From NCBI GenBank assembly GCA_001790815.1, contig MGDU01000001.1:2982-66981 (forward strand): a stretch of DNA of 64,000 nt, in the 5' to 3' direction. How positions within the stretch are numbered: the stretch's first letter is position 1; every line of letters starts with the position of its first letter. Below the pieces are notes generated by a model. It did not search any database and was not told the origin of the DNA. It saw only the letters and a list, made by a program, of their open reading frames with translations. This stretch comes from Candidatus Uhrbacteria bacterium RIFCSPHIGHO2_02_FULL_46_47 (GTDB lineage Bacteria > Patescibacteriota > Patescibacteriia > GWA2-47-26). Positions 1-9,847 of this stretch are shown piece after piece. The translations under genes and the position numbers were made by a program.

Positions 1-206
1 TTCCCACTTTCCACATCAATCCCCAAAATATCTCCAACTAAACTATGAAAAATACAAAAATCTGCGCCCGAATCAACAAGCGCAGCGTATTCTGCTTTGA
101 TGCCTTGATGTTCAATAGTGAGCGCGATGAGCGGACGCAGGGCAGTTTTACCATCCGGAAATGCGGGACAAGGCGCCACGGCTACACGCTCATAGCGAAA
201 TTTCAT
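1..206 (-). CDS. retropepsin-like (clan AA) aspartic protease, partial (runs off window start)
   Basis: Not in ORF track because truncated; minus-strand ATG at 206-204 translates MKFRYERVAVAPCPAFPDGKTALRPLIALTIEHQGIKAEYAALVDSGADFCIF... with a DSGA active-site-like motif; 4-bp ATGA overlap with ORF 203..403. Confidence 0.4.
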   Translation of the reverse strand, partial: MKFRYERVAVAPCPAFPDGKTALRPLIALTIEHQGIKAEYAALVDSGADFCIFHSLVGDILGIDVESG

Positions 207-403
207 AGATATGCGCCGCCGATATAGAAGTCCTGACTCTTGGGTACGTGATAAAGAAGCGGCACTTCCACCCCTTTGGCGCGCGCTTCCTCAAATACTT
301 TTTTCCCATCTTCTCCTGAGGCAACCACCTGACGATCTTTGGTCATCGCAACCCAAAGCCCGCGATATTTTTTATAAATTTCTGTCATGTCTATAGCTGG
401 CAT
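203..403 (-). CDS. small hypothetical protein (66 aa), translationally coupled to downstream aspartic protease
   Basis: ORF track; protein-like composition; stop/start overlap with next gene. Confidence 0.4.
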   Translation of the reverse strand: MPAIDMTEIYKKYRGLWVAMTKDRQVVASGEDGKKVFEEARAKGVEVPLLYHVPKSQDFYIGGAYL

Positions 404-440
404 ATATCTACATTATATTCAAACCGTCTTTTTATGTCAA

Positions 441-1850
441 TCAGAGCAAACGGCTCTGTTTTTTGGCTTCTAGTTTTTCTTCGGCATTGAAAATGTTGAC
501 TACTCCATACTCGCCATCATAGCCCGGCGGATTGATCTTAACGCGGCCTTCGCGCACGCGGCGGATGGCTTCTACAAACCGCTGATGCGGGGAAATCGCG
601 GCCAGTTCATCATAAGACATATTGAGCAAAATGTTGGCTTCAGTCCCGGCCTTGGCCACTAAATCCCAATACACTTTTTCCACGCTTTTGGAGCTGCGCC
701 CTTTTACTCCATTGGCTTCCGCAATAATTTTATCCAACTCCACAAGGGACCAAAACTGCGGACAATATTCTGGCCTGCGGCCTTCGGGCTGATTTGCTAA
801 CTCTTCCACGCGCGAAAGTACGCCAATCGTCATGGCTTTTTTGCATTTTGGGCAAATTCCACCGAGTTTTTTGGTTTCCCGCGGATGCAAACACACTTTG
901 CACGCGCGATGACCGTCATAGTGGTACCGGCCTTCATCAGGGATGAATTCAATGGTGCCGAGCATTTTAAATCTGCTATTAGCTATTAGCAATTTGCTAT
1001 TAGCTAATCTGGCTGGTGCGGCTTCTCGTATAGCTTGCATTATGGAATCGTATGACAAGTCACCCATATTTCCTTCAAACACCGTTGCTTCCCTTCCTAA
1101 ATTCGGCAAAGAGTGCGCATCGGCACTGGAGACCAGCGCCACTTGATCCAGTTCTTTTACGCGCCAATTCATCAGCGGATCGCTGGACAATCCGGTTTCA
1201 ATGGCAAAAATATGCGGGGTTAATTCTTCAAAACATTCTGCAATGGAGTTGAATCCGGAATTGGATCCAAAAATCGCAAACCACGGCGTCCAGGCATGCG
1301 CCGGAATTAACACATTGCGCGGATCAATTTCCAAAATAATTTTCAAAAGCTCTTTAGAATTCATGCCAATAATGGCCCGACCATCAGATCCCAGTTTGCA
1401 TCCGCGCGCAGTCAAAGCGGCATTTATTTGCGCGGCCACTTCGATGGTTGGAGCATAAATTAAATGATGCACCCGCCGCATTTTTTTCGCGCCTTGCGAA
1501 TAGATGCAAGCCAATTCAGTGCCGAGCATAAAAAGCGTGGGTTTTTGGGGCAGTGAAATCTGGGGTGGTACGGTGGGTGTGAGCCCGGGACGCAATACAT
1601 ACAAACCATCATACATAGCGGGAAGCCGAGCTTCCGTGTTTACGGAAGCTCGGCTTCCGAATATTTCCCGCGCAGGCACTAATTTCGCTTTTATCTCCTC
1701 AAACCATTTTGGGTGAGTAAAATCTCCGGTGGATAAAATATCCACGCCTTTGACGCGCGCCCAGGCGTCCATATTCTCCAGCGTGAGTTGCGGCGAACAC
1801 GCCCGCGCGTATTTGGAATGAGTATGTAAATCGGCTATAAAACGGGACAT
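441..1850 (-). CDS. PHP-domain nuclease with C-terminal zinc ribbon (endonuclease Q-like)
   Basis: N-terminus MSRFIADLHTHSKYARA matches PHP/EndoQ DLHxHSxYS motif; CKVC...CPKC zinc ribbon near C-terminus; 469 aa. Confidence 0.5.
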   Translation of the reverse strand: MSRFIADLHTHSKYARACSPQLTLENMDAWARVKGVDILSTGDFTHPKWFEEIKAKLVPAREIFGSRASVNTEARLPAMYDGLYVLRPGLTPTVPPQISLPQKPTLFMLGTELACIYSQGAKKMRRVHHLIYAPTIEVAAQINAALTARGCKLGSDGRAIIGMNSKELLKIILEIDPRNVLIPAHAWTPWFAIFGSNSGFNSIAECFEELTPHIFAIETGLSSDPLMNWRVKELDQVALVSSADAHSLPNLGREATVFEGNMGDLSYDSIMQAIREAAPARLANSKLLIANSRFKMLGTIEFIPDEGRYHYDGHRACKVCLHPRETKKLGGICPKCKKAMTIGVLSRVEELANQPEGRRPEYCPQFWSLVELDKIIAEANGVKGRSSKSVEKVYWDLVAKAGTEANILLNMSYDELAAISPHQRFVEAIRRVREGRVKINPPGYDGEYGVVNIFNAEEKLEAKKQSRLL

Positions 1851-1945
1851 AATATCGCTAGCGTATCATACTATTTTGAAAATTAAAATACGGCGTGTGA
1901 CGGTATTGTACCATCTCACGCCGATACTGCACTGAAGAACTTCTC

Positions 1946-2956
1946 CTATCCTACCGCACTCTGCCATGCTCCCTGCATCGAGTGCGGCGGCAACTTGCCC
2001 AAGAGAATCCCGAGCACGAGCGCGAGTTGCGCATGATTGTGCCGTACGAGTTCTCCCGGGGCAAGGTAATCGCTTCCCAAAAGCTTCCTGCCTGAAAGCC
2101 GTGAAAGATCACCGAACTCGACCGAATAGGCCTGATCCTTTGCCGCATACCGGACTGAGCGATCCGCGTCAATCCCGTGGCTGTGGTAAAGCACGGTATC
2201 AACCGGGCGCGGCAAAAGGTGATCAAGAGTTGTCACGAAGTCCACGACGGTGAAGTTGTCCGTCTGTCCGCGCGTGGTCACCAGATTGCAAGTGTAGATG
2301 ATCTGCGCGCGCGAGGCCGCGATCGCTTCGTATACTCCCTGAACCAGCAGTACCGGAGCGATGGAAGACCACAGATCGCCGGGCATGAGGAAGAGGAACT
2401 GCGCTCTCCTGATTACCTCAAGCGCTTCCTCCACTGCTGGCTCATTCGGATCAAGCCAGACTCTTGTGATGCGGTCACCGGGCCGAAGCAATTTTCCAAG
2501 CTGGTCAAATCTTGCTTCTCCATGGACTTCCACGCCGCGCTCCGAGACGCCGTGAAGCCGCACTTGGCCGACCGTGATGGGAAGCACATGGCCGCGCACC
2601 TTGAGAATGTCTTCAAGCTCGGCCACGGCATCCAAGAAACTGCCGCCGTGCGAAGCGGCGAAGGTGAGCACCAGATTCCCGATATTGTGTCCTCCAAGTG
2701 CCCCGCGCGTCATGCGCGTGCGCAGGATGTGACGCACCACTTCGCGCGGCAGAGTCGTGAGCGCCGTAAGACACTGCAGCAGATCTCCCGGCGGAAGCGC
2801 TCCGTACTTGTCGCGCATCTCGCCAGAGCTCTCGCCGTCGTCCGCCATGGAAACGAGCGCTGTCGGCTCAAGTTCGAGCCGACGCAATGCGCGGAGAAAC
2901 TCGTAATGACCAGTTCCGCCGCCGATCGTAACGACCTTGGGTTCCATAGGTTTCAC
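1946..2956 (-). CDS. YvcK/CofD-like (UPF0052) gluconeogenesis-factor family protein
   Basis: VVTIGGGTGHYEFLRAL and MADDGESSG motifs typical of YvcK/2-phospho-L-lactate transferase fold; locally GC-rich. Confidence 0.65.
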   Translation of the reverse strand: MKPMEPKVVTIGGGTGHYEFLRALRRLELEPTALVSMADDGESSGEMRDKYGALPPGDLLQCLTALTTLPREVVRHILRTRMTRGALGGHNIGNLVLTFAASHGGSFLDAVAELEDILKVRGHVLPITVGQVRLHGVSERGVEVHGEARFDQLGKLLRPGDRITRVWLDPNEPAVEEALEVIRRAQFLFLMPGDLWSSIAPVLLVQGVYEAIAASRAQIIYTCNLVTTRGQTDNFTVVDFVTTLDHLLPRPVDTVLYHSHGIDADRSVRYAAKDQAYSVEFGDLSRLSGRKLLGSDYLAPGELVRHNHAQLALVLGILLGKLPPHSMQGAWQSAVG

Positions 2957-2986
2957 CTTTCTTTCAATGAGCCGACTCTCATAGCT

Positions 2987-3331
2987 CTAGTGGCGCTTCT
3001 TCCACTCTTTAAGATATGCGACTCGTTGCGCGGCAAGCTCTGCGCGTTCTTCATCGCTAAAACTTACCGGAACTACGAATCCGCACTCCACCGCGACTTC
3101 CGGGTGCATACTCGTGCAGACCCAGAAGCGAATTTCCGTACTCAGCGGCCACCTGTGCATTTGCACGTGTATTCGGGCTACCTTCATCAAACAGTTGCGT
3201 CGGAATACTTGAGGACACACTGGGCAGTCAAGTATCTCTGCGTCTTCAAGCAAGACTGGCTGGTTATTGAGCAAGGAACTGAACGTACTATGCATTGGTT
3301 CATGACCAAGCACTACTCTCATGTTGTACAC
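2987..3331 (-). CDS. hypothetical protein (114 aa)
   Basis: ORF track only; same GC-rich block as the yvcK-like gene. Confidence 0.3.
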   Translation of the reverse strand: MYNMRVVLGHEPMHSTFSSLLNNQPVLLEDAEILDCPVCPQVFRRNCLMKVARIHVQMHRWPLSTEIRFWVCTSMHPEVAVECGFVVPVSFSDEERAELAAQRVAYLKEWKKRH

Positions 3332-3366
3332 CTCCTTAATTCATCCTGCGACAATTACAAGATAGA

Positions 3367-4179
3367 TTAAAGAGGCAAGGGCATGGTGTGGAAGCGCGCA
3401 GTCCCATCTAACCGTTGCTGTAAAATCTTTTCCACAAACTGAAGTTGTTCCAGCGTGTTGATACCCAGCCCTTCTTGAGGATCATCCAGCAGGACCTCCT
3501 CCACGGTTTTTCCCTCCGCAAGCGCAAGGGCCACCACATCGGTCAGATAGTATTCTCCTTGCGCATTAGTGCGCTTGAGTTGCGGAAGAGTAGCCCATAG
3601 CCAGGCGGTCTTGAACAGATAGTAGCCGGGGTTAACCGTGGTAATGGCACGCTCCTGCGCACTTGCGTCGCGGCTTTCCACAATGTGCGCAATGCGGCCG
3701 TGCCCATTGCGCACGATACGGCCGTACGCTTCAAAAAACGTAAACCAATCTTCAAAATGCGAGAGCCGTAAAGTGGTAAGGGTGATATCGGCGCGCGCGG
3801 ACAAGTGATGCGCAACCAGCGCGTCAATGGTGCGCGCGGAAACCAACGGATGATCGCCATAGAGCACGAGCACATGATCATAGCGCATGAGTTTTTCTTT
3901 AGCCGCCAGCACCGCATGACCGGTCCCAAGCTGCGATTCTTGTATAGCATAATCGCACCCTGCGCCAATGCGGTCCCGAATAATATAAAGATCCGGCGCG
4001 ATAACGATTATCGGCTTTGATTGTACCACACTCCCTTTGATGTTTTCCAAAAGATGGGTAAGGAGCGGACGGCCTAACAGCGGAGTCAGCACTTTGGGCT
4101 GCTGCGTGTTGGCGTGCATGCGCTTGCCCTTGCCGGCGGCAAGGATGACAATGCCGATATTTTTTAAAGGGTTGACCAT
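3367..4179 (-). CDS. sugar-phosphate nucleotidyltransferase (GlmU N-terminal-domain-like)
   Basis: ILAAGKGKRM nucleotide-binding motif, YGDHPLV; 270 aa with no acetyltransferase repeat domain. Confidence 0.6.
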   Translation of the reverse strand: MVNPLKNIGIVILAAGKGKRMHANTQQPKVLTPLLGRPLLTHLLENIKGSVVQSKPIIVIAPDLYIIRDRIGAGCDYAIQESQLGTGHAVLAAKEKLMRYDHVLVLYGDHPLVSARTIDALVAHHLSARADITLTTLRLSHFEDWFTFFEAYGRIVRNGHGRIAHIVESRDASAQERAITTVNPGYYLFKTAWLWATLPQLKRTNAQGEYYLTDVVALALAEGKTVEEVLLDDPQEGLGINTLEQLQFVEKILQQRLDGTARFHTMPLPL

Positions 4180-4904
4180 AGCTTTTCAAAAATCAACTGC
4201 TGGGTGCGTGCGATATTATGATCCTCAACTACAACGCCAAGCGGCATCGACGCGCGGTCAATCGCGATGTGCGCGGTCTTCGTGCCGTAAATTAAAGTAT
4301 AGGCCGGCGATCCCGCGTCTTTAGTCAGCCATTTGCGTTGCGAAAGCATATCTTCTTTTCCTCCTTCTCCAAGTGCAATAACTTTTACCTCAATACCTCG
4401 TTTAATTCGTTCCTTGGTGAATTGCGGAAAACTTTTATGCAATACGTCTCGTAAATTTGAAGAAGAGTAAACATAGTATTCCTTTTGCCGCTCGCCGCCA
4501 AGTGTTGCCAGCACATCTTGCAGAATATTTTTTACTCCGGAAAGTCCCTCGTAATACCGTGCAACTGGCTTATCGCCGCCGCGATTATACATGGATTGAA
4601 GCTCCGGGATAATACTTTGAATTTTTTCGCGCAACCGACTCATTTCTTCAAGCCGTCCATCCAAATGGCGCTCAAGTTTCATTGGATCTTCCGCCACAAA
4701 ATATTGTTTCTTTTCTTTATGATAGTAAACCACAAGACCTTGTTTCATCAGGTGTTTTAAAATATCATAAGTCGTGCCGCGGTTTATTCCGGCTGATTGC
4801 GCTATTTTACGTACTGACGCAGGGCCAAGACTAAGCAAAATCAAATACACGCGGATCTCTTTTTCATCAAAACCTAATTTTTTGAGAATTTGAACTACAT
4901 CCAT
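4164..4904 (-). CDS. TrmB-family sugar-responsive transcriptional regulator
   Basis: N-terminal wHTH (LGFDEKEIRVYLILLSLGPASVRKIAQSAGINRGTTYDILKHL) plus TrmB C-terminal domain; start moved to internal Met (MDVVQ); divergent from pfk. Confidence 0.6.
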   Translation of the reverse strand: MDVVQILKKLGFDEKEIRVYLILLSLGPASVRKIAQSAGINRGTTYDILKHLMKQGLVVYYHKEKKQYFVAEDPMKLERHLDGRLEEMSRLREKIQSIIPELQSMYNRGGDKPVARYYEGLSGVKNILQDVLATLGGERQKEYYVYSSSNLRDVLHKSFPQFTKERIKRGIEVKVIALGEGGKEDMLSQRKWLTKDAGSPAYTLIYGTKTAHIAIDRASMPLGVVVEDHNIARTQQLIFEKLWSTL

Positions 4905-5130
4905 ATGCGTGTAGCGTGTAACGTATAACGTGTAACTCAAGAACCATTTATTCCAATCTTGCGCTATACGCTACAGGTTACAAGTTACACGTCTAGCTGT
5001 CAACTTTTTCTCTGCACAATATGTGGATAAGTCAAAAACTGCCTTAAATTATAGATAATATGCGTATTTTAGTGTCAATAATGCACATGACACTCTGGAC
5101 AGCTTATATATATTAGGGTATAACTTCATT

Positions 5131-6288
5131 ATGAAAACCCTTTTAGTATTTACCGGCGGCGGGCTTGCGCCAGCGCTTAATTCCACGCTTTACGGCGTTA
5201 TTACTGAGGCGCGCAAAAAAGGCTGGCGTGTACTCGGAGGACTTTACGGCTGGGCCTCGCTTTTGCGCGGCGGCGGGCATATTGATCTTACCGCCATGGA
5301 TATTGAATCGCTGAAAGAAAATGGCGGGACAATTTTGCGTTCCTCACGCGCAAATCCGTATGCAACTTCAGATGGTATAACTCAAGTAAAAGAAGCTCTC
5401 AAAACGCTTGGCGTCGACGCGGTCGTGGCAATTGGGGGCGATGATACGCTTGGCGCCGCGGCAAAACTTGCCTTAGAAGGTATCTCAATTGTTGGCATTC
5501 CCAAAACCGTGGATAATGATTTGCCCGGAACTTACTTTACTCCCGGATTTCCTTCTGCAGCATACTATCTTGCCACTTTTGCGCAGGAAATTAAACGTGA
5601 TGCCGCTTACGCGCTCTCGCGCATTTATATTATTGAGGCCATGGGTTTCAAAGCCGGCTGGCTAACAGCCGCTGGAGCACTTGGCGGTGCGGACCTAGTT
5701 CTTCCACCAGAGTGGAAAATTTCTTGGAAACAAACGCTGGAACTGCTTTCTGAACGTTACAAAAAAAATGGAAATTTCGCAACTGTCGTAGTATCGCAAG
5801 AAGCACATTTTGATGAACCATTGCATGGAATCAGTGAAACACAACTAGGAGAACAGCACGACCATGTGCGTCAAAGTTATATTTGTCTGACGCTTCGCGA
5901 CAAACTAAAGGCGGAACTGGGGATTGAAGCAAAAGCGCTTTATCCGGGAAATTATGTAGAAACCGGAAAACCAATTCCGCTTGATCGCGATCTTGCCATC
6001 GCACTTGGCAAAAAAGCAGTTGAACTTCTTGAACGCGGTGAGATCGGACGCATGCCCTGCATTACTCGCCCTTCTGCTCAAACTCTGGATCTGGCCGTTG
6101 ATAATGTGCCGCTTGCAATTATTGCGGATAAAAAACATCGTCCGCTTGATCCTAATATGTACGATACAAATTTACTTCTTCCCACTAAAGATTTTTTTGA
6201 CTACATGGCGCCGCTGGCGTGTGATTTTCCAAAACATGAAAATGCGTACGCACAACTCATGCAATTTATTTCCTCGCACAGTGCATAA
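5131..6288 (+). CDS. pfp: 6-phosphofructokinase, pyrophosphate-dependent type
   Basis: PFK fold (FTGGGLAPALN, PKTVDND); GGDDT instead of the ATP-PFK GGDGS, i.e. the Asp signature of PPi-PFKs. Confidence 0.7.
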   Translation: MKTLLVFTGGGLAPALNSTLYGVITEARKKGWRVLGGLYGWASLLRGGGHIDLTAMDIESLKENGGTILRSSRANPYATSDGITQVKEALKTLGVDAVVAIGGDDTLGAAAKLALEGISIVGIPKTVDNDLPGTYFTPGFPSAAYYLATFAQEIKRDAAYALSRIYIIEAMGFKAGWLTAAGALGGADLVLPPEWKISWKQTLELLSERYKKNGNFATVVVSQEAHFDEPLHGISETQLGEQHDHVRQSYICLTLRDKLKAELGIEAKALYPGNYVETGKPIPLDRDLAIALGKKAVELLERGEIGRMPCITRPSAQTLDLAVDNVPLAIIADKKHRPLDPNMYDTNLLLPTKDFFDYMAPLACDFPKHENAYAQLMQFISSHSA

Positions 6289-6363
6289 CTTGTTTATTGA
6301 CTTAACTGCACCCTTTGTTAAGATACAGATGCTCTAAATGAACTATTTGCAAGGGGGCGTACC

Positions 6364-7578
6364 TTGACTATTCCAACAACTGAAACTGTAAGCTGGTCAA
6401 ACAAGGCTGCAACGCGAACCGTTGTCGTTGCTCCATCGCTCAACATCGAGACTACCGCGTCAATCTCCGCTAAGCTGTTTGAGGAACTTGTCAAAAATAC
6501 GGACGGTTTCCTCATCGTGCCTGGGCAGAAACACACAGTTAAAGAGCTCACCATCTATGACGCACCCATGGGTGGCAAGGCCGCGGACGTGGTGACGCTG
6601 ATTACCGGATACAGCCAAACAATTCCGCTTGGTCATCGAGTTTCCGAGGGAATCGCCGCAGGCAGCTCTGCCAACATCGCGAATACCATTCGCGAGCTCG
6701 GAGTCCAGGATATCGGCATTATCGGTGCGATTGGAAAGGGCGGCGGAGGTGATGCGCTCGTGACGAGTCTTGAGCGCCGCGGATTTCGCGATCTGCTCCT
6801 AGTTCGGCGTACTGGAGGAAGCGCTCAAAGTCTTTTCCTTAGAGCTCCCACGGGCGAGACCATTGCATTCGCAAAAAAACCGCCCTACGAAGTCAGTCCA
6901 GAAATCCTCGCCTACCTTACAACTCACGCGAGCCCGCGAGTGCTCATCTGCAGCGGATTTTTGGAATATGAGCTTAACCTGATCAACGCGCTTTGCGATG
7001 CCGAGCATGTCCCAGAAGCAAGAGTGCTCTCGCCGCATGTCAACTGCTTCGATACCGAGACCGGCCGCAGGTCGTGCCTGGAGCTTGCAAAAAAGGCAGA
7101 TCTGTTCCACCTCAATCAATTTGAGTTCGCGCGCCTTCTGCGTCTGGGAGGAAATGACTGGGCAATTCCAGAAGATAAGCACGAACTCATTACGATCATG
7201 AAAAAAGTGGAAGCAAAACTCGTGTGTGTGACATGCGGTGATAAAGGGAGCGTAATCTACGACAGTCAGCAAAACGACATCCTCAGACAGTCAGCGTTTC
7301 CGGTTGATACCATATGCAACACAACTGGCGCAGGAGATGTTCATCTTGCGGTGCTGACCTACTACCTTTGGCTCCGCGGACATCGGATCAAGCTTGCTCC
7401 GGCACTTGAGCTTGCGACACGGATCTGTGCAAAAAAAATCGCCTTCGAAGGTGAGGCACCGCGACCGTGGGATGGAATTCCGCCCTCGGCAGAGCGAAAG
7501 CCCTGGGTGCGTGAAGCCGCGGATCACTATCACAGCGGAGCAACGCCGCCAGACGGATACACTCCAGTTTCCAAATGA
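6364..7578 (+). CDS. PfkB-family carbohydrate kinase (ribokinase-like) with N-terminal extension
   Basis: C-terminal NTTGAGD anion-hole motif and GG dipeptide; immediately downstream of pfp. Confidence 0.55.
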   Translation: MTIPTTETVSWSNKAATRTVVVAPSLNIETTASISAKLFEELVKNTDGFLIVPGQKHTVKELTIYDAPMGGKAADVVTLITGYSQTIPLGHRVSEGIAAGSSANIANTIRELGVQDIGIIGAIGKGGGGDALVTSLERRGFRDLLLVRRTGGSAQSLFLRAPTGETIAFAKKPPYEVSPEILAYLTTHASPRVLICSGFLEYELNLINALCDAEHVPEARVLSPHVNCFDTETGRRSCLELAKKADLFHLNQFEFARLLRLGGNDWAIPEDKHELITIMKKVEAKLVCVTCGDKGSVIYDSQQNDILRQSAFPVDTICNTTGAGDVHLAVLTYYLWLRGHRIKLAPALELATRICAKKIAFEGEAPRPWDGIPPSAERKPWVREAADHYHSGATPPDGYTPVSK

Positions 7579-7669
7579 AGCCACTAACAACAAGGGGGAC
7601 AACAAATCGGCGTGCCGTAGCTGACACGCCGATCTTTTAATTGTATTAAACAAAAACAAGTCCACTTTA

Positions 7670-7788
<119 letters not shown>

Positions 7789-7958
7789 GTGAACTTGTTT
7801 TATTTTTTGAGAGTAACCGCATCCAAAGAAATCCAAATTTGTGCTTCAGTGTTTTTGACCGATTAGTAACGCTCGGCTCAAATCCTTACGGATCTTTCAC
7901 CTGCGCCCTATCAACCTCATAATCTCTAAGGAGTCAAATAAGACCTAATCTTGAGGAC

Positions 7959-7997
<39 letters not shown>

Positions 7998-8134
7998 AAC
8001 GCTGCTACTGAGCAATGCCCTTGGTAGAACAACTCATACACAGGAGGTTCGTTCTTTCCGGTCCTCTCGTACTAGGAAAGAGCCCTCTCAAGTCTTTGCG
8101 CCCGCGACAGATAGGAGACCGAACTGTCTCACGC

Positions 8135-8318
8135 ATGTATATTCATTATTTCTAATGGCATGGACTATATCTTCATCCCGATTATACATCGGGAGCCAAC
8201 GTGTAGTCTCTACGGACTCTCTGCTTTCGCAGGTTGCCTCGGTATTACCCTCTTGAACAGTTCGAAATTCAAGGAGGGCTTCACCGATACAGTTGGTGCT
8301 AGAACGGCATTACTGCCG
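8135..8318 (-). mobile_element. group I intron 1 in 23S (E. coli ~2593 region), ORF-less, boundaries approximate
   Basis: Insertion between GAACGUC and GUGAGACAG exon sequence; contains S-like GAAGAUAUAGUCC and R-like GUAGAGACUAC core elements. Confidence 0.5.
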
Positions 8319-8345
8319 CCAAACGCCATGCTCCCAGATTGGGAG

Positions 8346-8379
<34 letters not shown>

Positions 8380-8404
8380 TGGCGAACAGCCAAACCCTTG
8401 GGAC

Positions 8405-9170
8405 CTCATTTCTTGTTATCTCCGCTTACGCGGAGTACCAGACTATACCATCACCATAGTTGCAATCGTCACCGATTGAACCGTAGGTGCGAACCGTATG
8501 ATAGTGGCATAATTCATAATAATATCCAAAGCCATCTATCTCACTACGATCTTGCATCGGAGATCAGTCGTTACGGGAGCGCTTGTCTTTGATCATTGTC
8601 GCATGATTGATGCGGCGATTTTTTGATCGCACATTCAATCGCGCCAATGTATCCGCCAAACGAGCCGCCACCATCAATTCCTTAGGAGAATTGATCGTGC
8701 CACTTAGCAATCGTAATGCTTTTGTGGTTTGCTGATTCTTAATCTTGAAATAAGGTTTCAATATAGTCAACAGTTCCTTAATTTCACTTTGCTTCCGTAA
8801 AAGCCAATCATACGTAGTGCGATTTTTACGCACTAGTCCGCAATGGCATTTATTTTGCAACCAATGCAGAATTTTGGGATTGGCTTGGGTTGCTTTTAAA
8901 ACAACCCGAATACGGAAACCAAATTTTTTCTCCTTGTGCCGTTCGATCGTCGCCATTATGGCGCCGTCGGCATCAAGAAAACCAGCAATATATGCTCGCT
9001 CGACTTCAGACAATCGCTTTCCCACGGGGTTAACCTTCATACATTCAAATTATACCTGGGACCTGCGATTTACACAAGTCGATATAATTCAAATTATGAA
9101 GGCCTTCACCGTTTTGAGCTCGTTTATTACTCCGACGTTTCCGTCGGAGAGAGAAGGTTATGTTTTCTCC
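8405..9170 (-). mobile_element. group I intron 2 in 23S (~2563), carries a LAGLIDADG ORF
   Basis: Exon ...GGGGCUGGAG resumes at 9175; GGUCCCAAGGG at 8400; intervening 765 nt encodes ORF 8564..9040. Confidence 0.55.
8564..9040 (-). CDS. LAGLIDADG homing endonuclease (single motif, 158 aa), intron-encoded
   Basis: YIAGFLDADGAI motif; located inside a 23S insertion. Confidence 0.8.
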   Translation of the reverse strand: MKVNPVGKRLSEVERAYIAGFLDADGAIMATIERHKEKKFGFRIRVVLKATQANPKILHWLQNKCHCGLVRKNRTTYDWLLRKQSEIKELLTILKPYFKIKNQQTTKALRLLSGTINSPKELMVAARLADTLARLNVRSKNRRINHATMIKDKRSRND

Positions 9171-9206
9171 AGCCCCAGGATGCGATGAGCCGACATCGTA
9201 CATTAA

Positions 9207-9613
9207 TCCACGATTTCGCGTGGTGCAGACTATATCTTCATCTTGCTCCGGATCGTAGTCCCGCGGACGCGGGACATAATCTCAGTTTGATTATAGCAAG
9301 AGTCGGCGTTTTACCCGGGCGCCACTTTCTGGCGCGCCAAGTCTTCCCTTTCGGGTCAGTCGTTACGGGGTCATGAGCGCTATGCGCTAAATTACTAATT
9401 TCTAATTGTTCTAATTTCTAAATTTTAGGAATTAGGTTAATTAGGTTAATTAGATATTCACTGCTTTGCAGTGCTGACTTCCCACGGTATCGCCGGGTAG
9501 CGCGGGCGCGCTACTGACGGGTCCACCGTTATAAGCCGATTTTATTGTCTCTATCTAAACTAAATGGTTTTGACGAAAAGACTGGAAACAAATCACTTTG
9601 TATGCACCCCGAT
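9207..9613 (-). mobile_element. group I intron 3 in 23S (~2500), ORF-less
   Basis: Insertion between GAGCCGACAUCG and GGUGCCAAAC exon blocks; S-like GACUAUAUCUUC at 9228; contains AT-rich hairpin aattaggttaattaggttaattag. Confidence 0.5.
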
Positions 9614-9847
9614 ATGTTAAGGTGCCAAACCTTGCCGTCGCTATGGGCGCTTGGGCAAGATCAGCCTGTTATCCCCGGAGTAGCTTTTATCCGTTGAGCT
9701 TCGCCGGTCCTATGACCGAGCGTCGGATCACTAACTTCTACTTTCGTATCTGCTCGTCTTGTATGACTCGCAGTCAAGCAGGCTTTTGCGTTTGCACGTC
9801 ATGCTCGATTTCCATCCGAGCTAAGCCTACCTTTGTAAACGCCTCCG

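Noticed and set aside
2177-3370. 397-aa plus-strand ORF
   Set aside because: Antisense to the well-supported yvcK-like gene and a 114-aa ORF; Arg/His-rich composition typical of a wrong frame in locally GC-rich DNA
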